Positions 21,559 to 33,385 of a stretch of 33,549 nt of DNA are shown one piece after another. A program made the position numbers and the translations under genes. This stretch comes from Octopus bimaculoides (taxonomy: Eukaryota): NCBI RefSeq assembly GCF_001194135.2, contig NC_068992.1, forward strand, positions 14,524,436 through 14,557,984, read 5' to 3'. Under the pieces are notes generated by a model. It was not told the DNA's origin. It saw only the letters and a program-made list of their open reading frames with translations, and did no database searches. Numbering within the stretch: position 1 is the first letter of the stretch; every line of letters begins with the position of its first letter.

Positions 21559-22139
21559 CACACAAATACATCCAACAGGCTCTAAGCCTTTATGGAACTG
21601 ATGTGTCTTTGAGCACATAGAGGCACTCTTTTTCTTTCATTTTCCATTTCAATCAATGAAGGTATTCTTAGAGAAACTCAGTTAATTAAAATTCTGAATA
21701 TGGTCAATGAAAAGTAAGCAACAAATTGTAATTTAAGTGGTGTTATCCCTTACGAAACTTGGATCTGTTATATTCCAAGATCTGAATTAATGGAACACTA
21801 ATGAGATGTGTCATAATTAAGAAGTTATGGCTTGAAAAGATTTGTGTGCGTGTTTGTGTAAATGGGTTCTTGCAGTTTCATAACAAGATGAATAAAACTT
21901 TAATGATGCAATGAAATTGGATTGAAGTGTATAGACAGTAATTGCATCTGAAAAAAAAATGCTTTCCTTTCATCAGACAATATCGAATATCTGTTGGCTG
22001 TTTCAATTCTCAACCATAGCATCCTTCTGTAACATGTTGGTGGTGTTGACCAAATCACTGTCCTTCTCCTCAACCTGGCTTATTGCTTGCTCTTTAACTC
22101 TTCAAATTTCGGATTACTGCATCAAACTGTTTTCAATCA

Positions 22140-22263
22140 ATTGTTTATCTTTAGAATAATATTGTAGGTCAGGTGTGAGAGGCTGCATCTGACCAGTTTG
22201 AACATAGAACAGGTAGAATAGTTGAGCCAGATATAGTTGGTTTTAAATGCAAAAGGGTTAACT
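22140..22263 (-). mobile_element. Partial MITE with a TTAACCCTT terminus (piggyBac-like end)
   Basis: The - strand begins ttaacccttttgcatttaaaacc..., a TTAA-CCC terminus. Confidence 0.45.
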
Positions 22264-23527
22264 AACAAAAGGTGCTTTCTCCTGTTGTCTCTCTTCTTCT
22301 GTAAACTGCTGTCTTCCTCACCTTTTTTGTTATTCCATTGGCTGTGAGCATTTGCCATACCAACTGATCAGGAAATACTCTTCAGCAAAATTGACTGGAA
22401 ATACCCATGCTTGCTATCTCTTCTTCTTGTAAAAGGTTCTGGTGTTCTGCCTTCTCTTGATCACACTTTTCTCAAACAGGACTTTGTAAGTTCAGTCTTC
22501 TCCACTACTTCAGACCACAGAGCAATGTTCAACCTCGGGCTTGTCTTCATGACCTGCACACTTCCTCCTAAGTCTAATTCCATGTCCCACAACAGGACAG
22601 TTTGTTGTTCTTGCTGTGGTTGACAGCTGCTTTTCTCCCTCATAAACTTGATTAACGGCATAGGTTTCCCTTGGGTTTGGCATTTCTTGCTTTTCTTCTC
22701 CTCCTCCAAAATATTAGCAGGTGCTATGAGCACCTTTTTACGATCATATCTGTATCTTCTTTAGGTGAATTTTGACACCTTGATGCAGAAGACACTTGCA
22801 AAGGTGGGAATTATCTCCCTTCATTTCAATTAAGTTTGAGCAAAGCTATAGCAGAAGACACTTGCCCAAGGTGCAACACAGTGGGACTAACTCAGAACCC
22901 AGCTTCTTACCACACAGCCACGCCTGTACCTGTATGGCTTTGATTTTTCAATCCTCTTCTAATTGATATACTTGGAAACAGTCTCTTCCAATGATCTGAA
23001 TTAACTTAAGAGTTTTATCACATTTTTCCCAAAATTTCTGAATTTGTGAGTGTTGTGGGGAGCAATCTAAGCTGGTGATGCATGTTTCCAAGAAACTTTG
23101 CTGGTTTCCCTTTAGCATCTAAACAACTGCACAACATATTAACGTTTATTCTTGCTATTAAGCTCTTCCCTTTTTACTTGTAATTCTTTAATTCTACCCT
23201 AGCTTCTTAAATGTTTCATTAATTGTGATTTTAGTATTTGATGGCTCAATTAATTTAGCAGTTACCTTACTTTGACCATATTTTATGATTTTAACTGAAT
23301 TTGAGTTTAACTAAAACACTTTGATTACTCCAGACAGAATTTAATAGAACATCTTATCTGTATTCAGTGACACAAAGTTAATGTTCAATTATCTGATGAT
23401 ATTCAGCTTGAAGCTTGGCATTTTGAAAACTCTCAGTAGCTTGAATTACCAGGATTTTTATAAATACACATATTTTAACTCTTCTTCAAATTAAGTCCTT
23501 TTGCCTTTGATGCATGTAACTTTACAT

Positions 23528-23581
<54 letters not shown>

Positions 23582-26500
23582 TAAGTCTTAGGGTAGCAAA
23601 AAAATTAAGAAATTTAATTTACTACTAGTGGTGTAGCGAGAAAAAAAATTAGTCAACAGACTATATATTATTCATGTAAAATACAGTGTACATTTAATAC
23701 ACATTAGAGATGCCCATAAAAGGACATCTAACCCGCTAGAAAGAGTAGCCAAAGCTCTACACCACAAAATTAGGGATAATTTCGAATATATATATATATG
23801 TGATGGCTGGAACTCAATTTTGAGCAATGCTTGATGATTCTTTAAAAAAATGAGTAGTAATGATGAGCACCTCTTGCAGCAGGTGTTGAAGTTTACCAAC
23901 CATGCTGACACGTACCTTCATGGAACTTATATGCCACGTTTAAAACACCCAGTACACTCTGTGAAGTAGGTGACATAAGGAAGGGCATCCAGCTGTAGAA
24001 ACCACGTCAAAATAGACAAATGGAACTCCAGCTGGCCAACTCCTGTCAAACTATCCAATCCATGCAAGCATGGAGAATGGATGTTAAATGATGATGATAT
24101 ATACATATATACATTTGAGGAGGGTTACAAGCAGAGGGAAAAGTACTTAATGTCTGTAGTAGAGATTATTCATTTCATTCCAAAACTACTGATCCACTCT
24201 GTTGCTGCTGCATGTTTTTTGTTTCGCTGGAATGTTTTCATTTGTTTCTGTGAACAGAAACAAGAAACTCACAGTAACAATTAAGTGATTCTAAGTAGTA
24301 CTTAATACCTGGTGTAAAAGTGTGCTATTTATTTAAACTGAAATCTTTTTCTTGCAACACAAATCTTTCACAATTATGATTATCAGACAAGAATGTTCTA
24401 GCCTGATGATTACAATGGTCAGAATGTGTCAAAATAAAAGGAGTTATGACTAAATGAATTAAATATACATGTGTGTGCATGTGTTTCGTATGTGGTCTTA
24501 GTCTCTTGTTTATGAGGAAGACTGTATGGTATTCAGGTATGACTTGCAGAAGTTTTTTTTTTTTTTCCTTTTTGCAAAATGTGTTATATAAAATTCAACG
24601 AGGCCAAGTCATTGGGTCAGTTCACTTGGACATCACTGTTTGCTGACAGCCTTGATCACCAACCAATTCTTATCTTAAAAATTTATTTCTGCTTTCTCCA
24701 CCACCCACCACTCCTTGACTTAATTGGGTTTTCAATTTAATGGTTACCAAATAGAGTTATTTAAACATAGAGGACCAGTTGCTTTTGTTTTGGCAGCGAA
24801 TATGGAGTTGGTCAGTGCCAACGAGGGAATCCAGTATATTACTGGAATTTGTTTTATGGAAAAAATTTAAAAAAAAAAAAGAAAAAAAAAACTGTTCCCC
24901 TTGAGAGTAAGTTTGGACTTGGAGAGACAGAAAACTAATTACCGTCACCTGTTTAGCCTAACACTCTTCTCTTTCTGAAAACTAACTGCCCCATGCCCTG
25001 TTATAGTTATGAAATATTAAAATTGCTTTAGTAAAAAAAAAAACAAAAAAAAAAAGGGAAAAAGTTGACTTTCCTTTGTTTATAATTTTAACACATTCAT
25101 GTTATATTGTTTGTTGTTCAGAAATAATTCATTTGTTGGCTTTATTCTTCTGTGTTTTTGGTAAAAAAAAAAGTTGAAATGTTGATCGTCATTCTAAAAT
25201 TGATGTAACAATTTTTTAAACAATCAACTTTGTTTCATAAAAATACTACGTTTCAGATTGTTTGATGATCTCTGTTCATCCTCAGTCGTTTTCTTCGATG
25301 TATTTATGGACAGGTGACACATGACAATGAACAGAGAACAACACATTTGAAATATAGTTTTTGTTTGTTTGGGGTTTTTGTTTTTTTTTTGAGGGGATTG
25401 GGGTCAAACTGGGGGATAAAAAATGTGGGAATTAAGTCTGCCATCAGTATTAATAAAATCCCATCTAAACAATTTAGGCCATGTTGTTTTTGTTTTTTTA
25501 CTAAATCCCTGGCTGGTCAGCAGTTTTACTCACAGGCTTTTAAGTGTCTGTGGATACCTCTTGCAGAAATGACGGTAAGACTGAGAAAAACATGACTAAA
25601 GGATGGTGATTAAGTGAAGAATGGAGAAGGATGTCACAGAGTCTGCATAGGTAACCCTTACTAGCAGGGAAAACGGCTGTAAAATGTTTGTGTGGCTAAG
25701 AAGTTTGCTTTTTAGCCTCATCTGCTATAGTCCCAGGATTGTGAGTGGATGGAAAATGAAATAACTCCATTAATATGTGTGTATGAATGAGTTGGGGGAT
25801 CTCTTTTGACGTCATGTGTCAGCAATGCCCATATCAAATCTCCCATGGAAAACGGTTGGGATTGACATCCAGCTATTGAAAGTCTGCCTCAATAAATTCC
25901 ACATGGAAAATTGAACGTTGAAACAGCAGACATTACGTATAGCGAGGTGAAGGGAGAGAACTCATCTAAAAAAAAGAAAAGAACTAAAGCCAATAAGGAA
26001 ACTGCAACCTAACATTAACAATAGCAATTTCCCCTTCATTTTAATAATCATGTGCATGAATAAAAAGTAGGACGGCTATGGGCTGGAATCCAATCAACCT
26101 GGCTACTGAGCATATTTGTAGCTCTAAACAAGGGACGTTACTCTTGTATAACTAGATGAATGCATGATCCTTGGTGACTGACTGCTGTTGCATATGTTAG
26201 CACCTTCTCAAGCAGATATATGGAATGAAGACAAACCCTTTCATTTATTGTATTTGTACTGAAATGTAGTACATTCATTTCAATTAATTCCGTCATTGGG
26301 CTCGTATTAGGGACAGAAAAACATGAAGTTTTTAATTTAAGTCACTTTAAAACAAAAAGTCTATCATAAAATGAGAGGCAGTCTCAGGTGGATTGGGTTC
26401 GAAAAGGCTAAACATCTGGTGTGTAACCATTAGATGCAGTGTTGGTGTTCCTTAACAAATTGAGCAAAGTGGTGGCAAGAAATGGTACAGAGGAACGATT

Positions 26501-27476
26501 GATCCATTTGATTGCTATGAGGAGTGAAATTTAATGTTTCTGGCCCCTGTCATTTGTGATAAAGTGATTTTGCTAGAGCTAATTAATGAAGGTGGGGACA
26601 TGAGAATGGATGTGATAGGGGTTAGAAGTGTGTGGAATTTGAAGTGGGTGAAAAGGAGACAAAGCAGAAAAAGTCAGTCTCCAACACGGTGAGTTCATGT
26701 AAATGGTAGTATTTAAAATATCTGAAGATTTTATCATGTAATGGCAACACCTGAAGTTTGAATCTTGTTTTAATAGCCAGGAATTTTCAAAGAAATATAC
26801 ACAGTCCCATGCTTTAGAATTTGCTTAACTTTTGAAGTGATCAGAAAAACCAGGCTATTCTGGTTCTTGCTAAAATAATGGTGTAGAAAAACACAAACCA
26901 ACAATTAGACCAGACTCCTCTCTGTTTTTTCTTTTGCTATTACAATAGCCTGCATTGCCAACTAACAATAGTTTAACAATTTCCCAAACACCATCTCATT
27001 GGGGATAATTTCAATGCATTGTAAACCAAGTTCCAAATTATACAGATTCCAAGAGGTGACACAATAACATCACAATACGACAAGGTATCACCCACAAATC
27101 CTGGTTATACCATGTTTCTGTAGAGCTGAGGGACACTTGCTGATCTGCAGTGATTCACAATGCACATAAAAGATTGTAAGGAAACCAAAACTACACACAA
27201 ACATAGAGCAATCACAGGTACCACAAAGTATCTGATCTGTTGCTTTAACAATTCTGCTAATCCATTGCTCTAAATTGCTATTATGGCTATCCCAGAAAAA
27301 ATGTGGTAGGATTTGAACTCGGGATGCAATGAGTTGTAACAAAATACAGCAAAACAGTTTGCCCTTTGTTTTAACATCTCTGCCAACTTGCTGCAAACAC
27401 ATGCATTAAACATTAATTTTACCCTTTTTATAAAAAAAAAAGCAACTTGACAAGTTCAACAAGTGAAGAAAAATCG

Positions 27477-27482
27477 TTTATT
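27477..27482 (-). terminator. Polyadenylation signal of ATP5MG
   Basis: AATAAA on the - strand about 55 nt after the stop. Confidence 0.65.
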
Positions 27483-27536
27483 ACAGATAATAATAATAGC
27501 TAGTCTCTGTTACAAATAACAACATACTATCCAGAA

Positions 27537-27653
27537 CTATGCTTGAAATGCTCCTGGTATGTTGTAACCAATAAGACTACCTTTTCCGATTATTTCTCCA
27601 ATAAAGAACCAACACATTATTTCAAGTGCAACAACGGAATTGAGGAAGCCTTC
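27537..27653 (-). CDS. ATP5MG: ATP synthase subunit g, exon 3, EGFLNSVVALEIMCWFFIGEIIGKGSLIGYNIPGAFQA*
   Basis: tttaatttacag acceptor. Contains E...WF..GE.IG....IGY with the GxxxG dimer motif. Stop TAG. Confidence 0.96.
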   Translation of the reverse strand, partial: EGFLNSVVALEIMCWFFIGEIIGKGSLIGYNIPGAFQA

Positions 27654-27769
27654 CTGTAAATTAAAAAGAAAACAAAGACAAATGTTACGCCAAAGAAGTT
27701 TTTTTTTTTTTTCAGGCTAAAAGGTAGTTTTAATGAGATAATTGCTGATTTATTTGTCCAAGGTACATC

Positions 27770-27998
27770 ATCATCATCATCGTTTAACGTCCGCTTTCCA
27801 TGCTAGCATGGGTTGGATGATTTGACTGAGGACTGGTGAAACCGGATGGCAACACCAGGCTCCAATCTAATTTGGCAGAGTTTCTACAGCTGGATGCCCT
27901 TCCTAACGCCAACCACTCAGAGAGTGTAGTGGGTGCTTTTACGTGTCACCCGCACGAAAACGGCCACGCTCGAAATGGTGTCTTTTATGTGCCACCCG
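27770..27998 (-). mobile_element. RTE 3' UTR with (GAT)n tail, running into a gap
   Basis: Nearly identical to 30790-30950(+) and to the RTE tails at 4595 and 3470. Confidence 0.8.
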
Positions 27999-29811
27999 NN
28001 NNNNNNNNNNNNNNNNNNNNNNNNNNNNNNNNNNNNNNNNNNNNNNNNNNNNNNNNNNNNNNNNNNNNNNNNNNNNNNNNNNNNNNNNNNNNNNNNNNNN
28101 NNNNNNNNNNNNNNNNNNNNNNNNNNNNNNNNNNNNNNNNNNNNNNNNNNNNNNNNNNNNNNNNNNNNNNNNNNNNNNNNNNNNNNNNNNNNNNNNNNNN
28201 NNNNNNNNNNNNNNNNNNNNNNNNNNNNNNNNNNNNNNNNNNNNNNNNNNNNNNNNNNNNNNNNNNNNNNNNNNNNNNNNNNNNNNNNNNNNNNNNNNNN
28301 NNNNNNNNNNNNNNNNNNNNNNNNNNNNNNNNNNNNNNNNNNNNNNNNNNNNNNNNNNNNNNNNNNNNNNNNNNNNNNNNNNNNNNNNNNNNNNNNNNNN
28401 NNNNNNNNNNNNNNNNNNNNNNNNNNNNNNNNNNNNNNNNNNNNNNNNNNNNNNNNNNNNNNNNNNNNNNNNNNNNNNNNNNNNNNNNNNNNNNNNNCTA
28501 CCTCAAGTTAAAAAAACAAATACGAATACTGGCATTGCTTTTAAAGAGATCAATATACTTTGTTGCATTTAGTCTATCTAGGCAAGTGCTCCACAACCTT
28601 TTTCCACTTGAGGTACACTTTCAAAATTCAGCAGCACACCTGAACTAAAAACCTAACTAAAAGTATAAGGAAAAAATAACATTCAGGTTACACTGTGGCA
28701 CACCAATGTGCCATGAAATATTGGTTTCAGAGCATCGTCCAGGCAATAGGAATAAGTATGAAATGTACCAGATGTTTATGTTCTGGCAGTGTCCAACTTC
28801 ATACCAGAGCCCATCAATCACTTTGATCTAGATCCAATCGTTTACCTTTACATCTGTTTTTCCATGGTAGCATGGGTTAGTTGAATATATTACTGAGGAA
28901 CTGTTTTACAGCCAGATGCTTTTCCTATTTTTCAAGTATGGGATCTCTTATTGCACAGGTCTTTGGACAGGAGAAATGACAACACCAGCACTCAGTGATT
29001 CTGGAAGAAGTGCAAATGTGAACATTACCACAAATGCACAAATGTACATATATGATAGGCCTTCACTTTCAGTCTACCAAATCCACTTACAAGGCTTTGA
29101 TCATTCTGTGGCTATAGCAGAAGACCCTGATCCAAGGTATCACCATGCAGTGAGACTGAACCCAATACTATATGGTTGGAAAGTGAACTTTTTAACCACA
29201 GGGTCATCCCTAAGCCAGACTCCGAATCGGATGATGACTTTGTGCTATTAATGTTTAACAGCCCGTTCTACCATATAAACATCCACAAGAGTGGCTGTTT
29301 GTAAGAAGCTTGCTTCCCAAACACATGGTTCCAGGTTCAGTCCCACTGTGTGGCACCTTGGGCAAGTGTCTTCTACTATAGCCTTGTGAGTGGATTTGGT
29401 AGACAGAAACCAATTATTAAGATGTGCCGGTGCCATGTAAAAGCACCCAGTACACTGTGTAAAGTGGTTAGTGTTAGAAAAGGCATGCAGCCATAGAAAC
29501 CATGCCAAAATAGACAATTGGAGGCAGGGGCAGCTCCAGTCGAAATCATGCAAACCAAGCTAGAATAGAAATCAGATGTTAAACGATGATGATGAGCTAA
29601 TGAAGTCTTAAAATCATTTTTTTGTAACATTGTTTTTCGAGTTACTATGCACATCTTGGAACCAATCACCAACATAACTTGAGGTTTTTCTTTTTACATC
29701 AAAAACAAAAGAAAAAAATCGAATCCTAATTATTTCTAGAAAACTGGATTTTAATTGCAAAACTGTAGCATGTACTCAATACTGATGCTTTCTGTGTGTA
29801 CGTGTATGTAT

Positions 29812-30125
29812 ATCATCATCATCATCATTTAGCGTCCGTTGTCCGTGCTGGTATGGGTTGAATGGTTTGACCAGAGCTGGCGAGCTGCACCTGACTCCAG
29901 TCTGATTTGGCATGGTTTTCTATGGCTGGATGCCCTTCCTAATGCCAACCACTCCGAGAGTGTAGTGGGAGCATTTTACATGCCAGTTGCGTGACACCAG
30001 TATCTGCCACAACTAAAATTTCAATTAGCTTAATTGGTCTTCTCAAGCAAAGCTTAATTACCAAAGGTCTTAGTCATTTGTCATTGTCTTTATGAGGCCC
30101 AGCACTTGAAAGGTGCCTTTCATGT
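29812..30125 (-). mobile_element. RTE 3' fragment with (GAT)n tail
   Basis: Same catcatcat-tta-cgtccg-ccatgct tail family. Confidence 0.7.
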
Positions 30126-30252
30126 GCCACTGGCATGGGTGCTAGCGACGCGACACAGGCATCAGCCCATTGCAATAAATGCAGTGATACCAACATGCGA
30201 TTTTTGAAAATTGTTCAGTGAAGAACTTGGATAGAAACATCAGAATTCTTAC

Positions 30253-30401
30253 CTTAACAGTTAGAGTCTTCCATTTGCCAGTCTTTATGCTGTTGGTTAC
30301 ACTGACAAAACCTTGTGAAACCTTTGGCATGTCAGAAAATGTTGGTGGAGTTAATTCAACTTTAGCATATTTGATGAAAGACTGAAAGCCGGGCTGGGCC
30401 T
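30253..30401 (-). CDS. ATP5MG: ATP synthase subunit g, exon 2, AQPGFQSFIKYAKVELTPPTFSDMPKVSQGFVSVTNSIKTGKWKTLTVK
   Basis: ttgtttcag acceptor and AAG|gtaaga donor. Contains the diagnostic YAKVEL.PP and LTVK motifs. Confidence 0.96.
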
Positions 30402-30654
30402 CTGAAACAAAAACAAGTTTTCATAGAGTAATAATGGAACAGTGTTTACTAAGAGAAAATGTAATGAGCCGACAAATAGTTTCAATGTTTAAATATTTGT
30501 TCAGTGGGTACCTATGGGAATCTAGAGCCGATAAATATTAACTTTTTTTCAGTTAAATATTTGCAGTGAATTATATCGAAATGGATTCTTTCAATAAAAG
30601 GTATATATTCCACTTTAGCATTTACTCAATAATTAAACACCCCCACACACATAT

Positions 30655-30747
30655 AGGTTAGAGCATCAAGTTACGGGGACGTAAACACACCAGCATCGGT
30701 TGTCAATCAATGTTGGGGGGGGGGGGCAAACACAGATGCACAAACAT

Positions 30748-30782
<35 letters not shown>

Positions 30783-31140
30783 AACACTCTCTGAGTGGTT
30801 GGCGTTAGGAAGGGCATCCAGCTGTAGAAACCCTGCCAAATTAGATTGGAGCCTGGTGTTGCCATCCGGTTTCACCAGTCCTCAGTCAAATCGTCCAACC
30901 CATGCTAGCATTGAAAGCAGACGTTAAACGATGATGATGATGATGATGATATATATATGTATATATATATATAATTGAAAGCGGACGTTAAACGATGATG
31001 ATGATATATATATATATATATATATACATATAAACGATGGGCTTCTTTCAGTATCCGTCTACCAAATCCACTCACAAGGCTTTGGTCGGCCCGAGGCTAT
31101 AGTAGAAGACACTTGCCCAAGGTGCCACACAGCCACTCCT
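30655..31140 (-). mobile_element. tRNA-SINE (-) interrupted by an RTE 3' end (+) at about 30785-31010
   Basis: The two SINE halves match 20425-20727. The inserted segment matches the RTE tail family. Confidence 0.7.
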
Positions 31141-31429
31141 GCACCTACATGTAAAAGACAACTACATTATTCAATGTACCCTTCCTTTGAAACAATTGGT
31201 TTGCTCAGAAACACTGCACCGTTCAGTCCAGGAATTGAAACCACAATCTTATGACTGTGAGTGCAACATCCTAACCACTAGGCCACACACCGATGAGCTT
31301 GTAGAAGAAAGGAAGAAAGCCCAACACATCTAGAAAAGAAGTGTAAAAGCTACAAGTTACACGAAAAACAAGGGATGTGTAAGACCCATCACAAAAGGGT
31401 TAAAGCTGCTGTAATTGCCGGACACTGAC

Positions 31430-32030
31430 AGATACAGGGTTGTTGTTGTTTATGCAGAGGACTGGTGTTTTTGAGGCACTGATCTGTCCACTTTGCATCA
31501 ATAGTCAGCCCATCAGTTTCACCCTCAAACAGATGACCTCTGAACAGAAGGATGCCAGGTCATCTACAAAGCCAAGATCTAAATCCAAGAGAAAAACGGC
31601 AGTAAATGTGTAAGTCCATTTTAAAGCCTGTTACTTGGTTTGCAGTAACAGACTGAACTTTATAACAATGATGGGAAATCTGTCGTAATGCATGACTTAG
31701 GGTTAGGGTTAGGATGCTGGTTGGTGATCAAAGGGGACATAAATAGGATCAACCCTTTCAACAAATCTTGTCACCTAACAAAATGTCAAATGAAGAACAG
31801 TGCTGCAAAACAGGTGACAATATTATGGTCTTTGAAATGAAACGCCGGCAGCACTGAGAGATAGGTCATACACTCAAAATGAAGTAGAATAGGATACCAA
31901 AGAGGACATTAAGATGAATACCATTTGGAAGCGAAAGCCTGAACGGTCAAAGAGTACCTGGCATAGAAGAAATGAAAGTTTACTGCGAGAAATGGCTCAT
32001 GATTGGAGCAAAGCACAAAGTTACTAAAGG
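31430..32030. mobile_element. Decayed RTE fragments in opposite orientations
   Basis: 31430-31610(-) reads LDLDLGFVDDLA...QISASKTPVLCIN (RT YADD region). 31770-32030(+) reads KRRQH.EIGHTL...KRKPERSKSTWHR (RTE C-terminus). Confidence 0.65.
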
Positions 32031-32996
32031 TTGTAAGAGCTGTCAAAGCCTAATTTCTCAACTGGGGAGAGATTTATGAGAAAATTACGTAACTAACACC
32101 AATTCGCCTATTATATCTCGCCCCGAGTGGATGAACAACTTTAATCCAATTATATTATTAATTGGTAGCAAAACAGATTCAAATAGCAATAGGTTTCAAA
32201 TACGTTCGTCACTTACGATCTCGTTCATTAGACAAACATATATCATTTGGGTGTGTATACTCGTTCGCAGAATTTCCAGTTGGAGTTGAAAAAAAAAAGA
32301 GCTAACTATAAAATTATTTATAGAAGATTCTACAGCTATCAAATTAATAGATTAATAAATTATAAAACTAACAGTATTGAATGAAATAAAGGGTTGTTGT
32401 GAAAATCAGACTGTTGATGTTTATAGAAAAGAGTTACTGACTGCAGTGCCCTTGTTACGTCAGATATAAAGGTCAACCAAAAAATAAAATAGGAAAAGGT
32501 TTAAAAGAAAGGTAAATACTATCTAAAGTGCATTAGTGTTTACTACAGAAGTCAAGCCAAATTAAGTATTATTATATGTAGACATTTAATTAATTGCTTA
32601 TGGTGTTTGTAGCAATAGTAAAGCACCAAATTGTAGCCGAGTTCAGCCGAACAGGTTACCAAGGATGAAAAGTACGCTCCCTAGAATGCTTTCTTTCGTC
32701 TTAATCCTAACATATCATTGTAATATTTGCATTTGATCTACTGCGAAGGTGATTATTTTGAATTATTATATTTATTAATATTGATAATAAAAAAAAATCA
32801 CTTGTTTTTAATTACTAAACTTACATCGAACTTAATTGCAATCGACTTAACATTCGTTCAAACGTTTCGACAGAGGCGGGTTGAGAAGGCAAATTAGAGT
32901 ATTAAAAATAATGCAAATACATTTTAAATTAACATGAGTACAGAACTGTCATTGCTCGATAATATTCTGCGTAAATATTGAATAACAAGCACTTAC

Positions 32997-33057
32997 TTTT
33001 CACTAGTCCGGGTGCTTTGGACACCAATCCACCAATTTTAGCAACAACCTTCGCCAT
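32997..33057 (-). CDS. ATP5MG: ATP synthase subunit g, exon 1, MAKVVAKIGGLVSKAPGLVK(K)
   Basis: ATG at 33057 in aaaATGG context, A|gtaagt donor, phase 1. Joins exon 2 in frame and resembles the subunit g N-terminus (KTPALV). Confidence 0.88.
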
Positions 33058-33076
33058 TTTGATCACCCAACAGAAC

Positions 33077-33133
33077 ACACATGCGCAATGTGACCTTAAA
33101 CTCGTATGAAATTACTCTGACGTCATTTCCGGC
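33077..33133 (-). promoter_or_regulatory. ATP5MG proximal promoter/5' region with NRF1-like, CRE and ETS-like motifs
   Basis: CATGCGCA at 33080-33087, perfect TGACGTCA at 33118-33125, and CCGGAAAT on the - strand at 33125-33132, all within 80 nt of the ATG in a locally CpG-enriched stretch. Confidence 0.55.
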
Positions 33134-33385
33134 CTTTTAAAACCAGAGAGAGTCGGGGCTTCTATGTGGTCGCTCACCTGCTCTACTAGAGATAGCAGTC
33201 AAATGTCTGTCGAATCATACACTACTGCCCTAAAAGCAAGAAGGGAGATTCTTGAGTTTATATGTCCACTTTCGCTTTTCGTCAATCATTAGCATTACTG
33301 ATTTCATTTAGGAGCCGATGAAAACTTTATTTCGAAGAATTTCTCAATATAGTTCTACATAATGTCTTGATTAAGGGCATAACTA

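Noticed and set aside
22265-22790. Lys/Glu-rich - strand ORF fragments
   Set aside because: Interrupted by stops, with no splice signals or recognisable domain. Probably an old retroelement relic, but it cannot be assigned.
27088-27402. 104-aa ORF downstream of ATP5MG
   Set aside because: Its 5' third is a decayed tRNA-SINE head (gttggcaga...gagttcaaatcc), and I recognise no protein family in it.
28753-28805. Imperfect hairpin in an ATP5MG intron (snoRNA or miRNA candidate)
   Set aside because: Large asymmetric bulge, and no convincing C/D or H/ACA box pair.
31458-31609. Apparent + strand exon (tatgcag acceptor, 50 open codons, gtaagt donor) antisense inside ATP5MG intron 1
   Set aside because: The opposite strand reads DLDLGFVDDLA...ISASKT, a decayed RTE reverse-transcriptase YADD region. 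The open frame is the antisense shadow.
32855-32890. GTCGAAACGTT on the - strand, resembling the 3' half of a hammerhead
   Set aside because: No CUGANGA-like core or stem I partner upstream. Isolated CTGATGA hits at about 10480, 23394 and 24403 likewise lack a GAAA/stem II.
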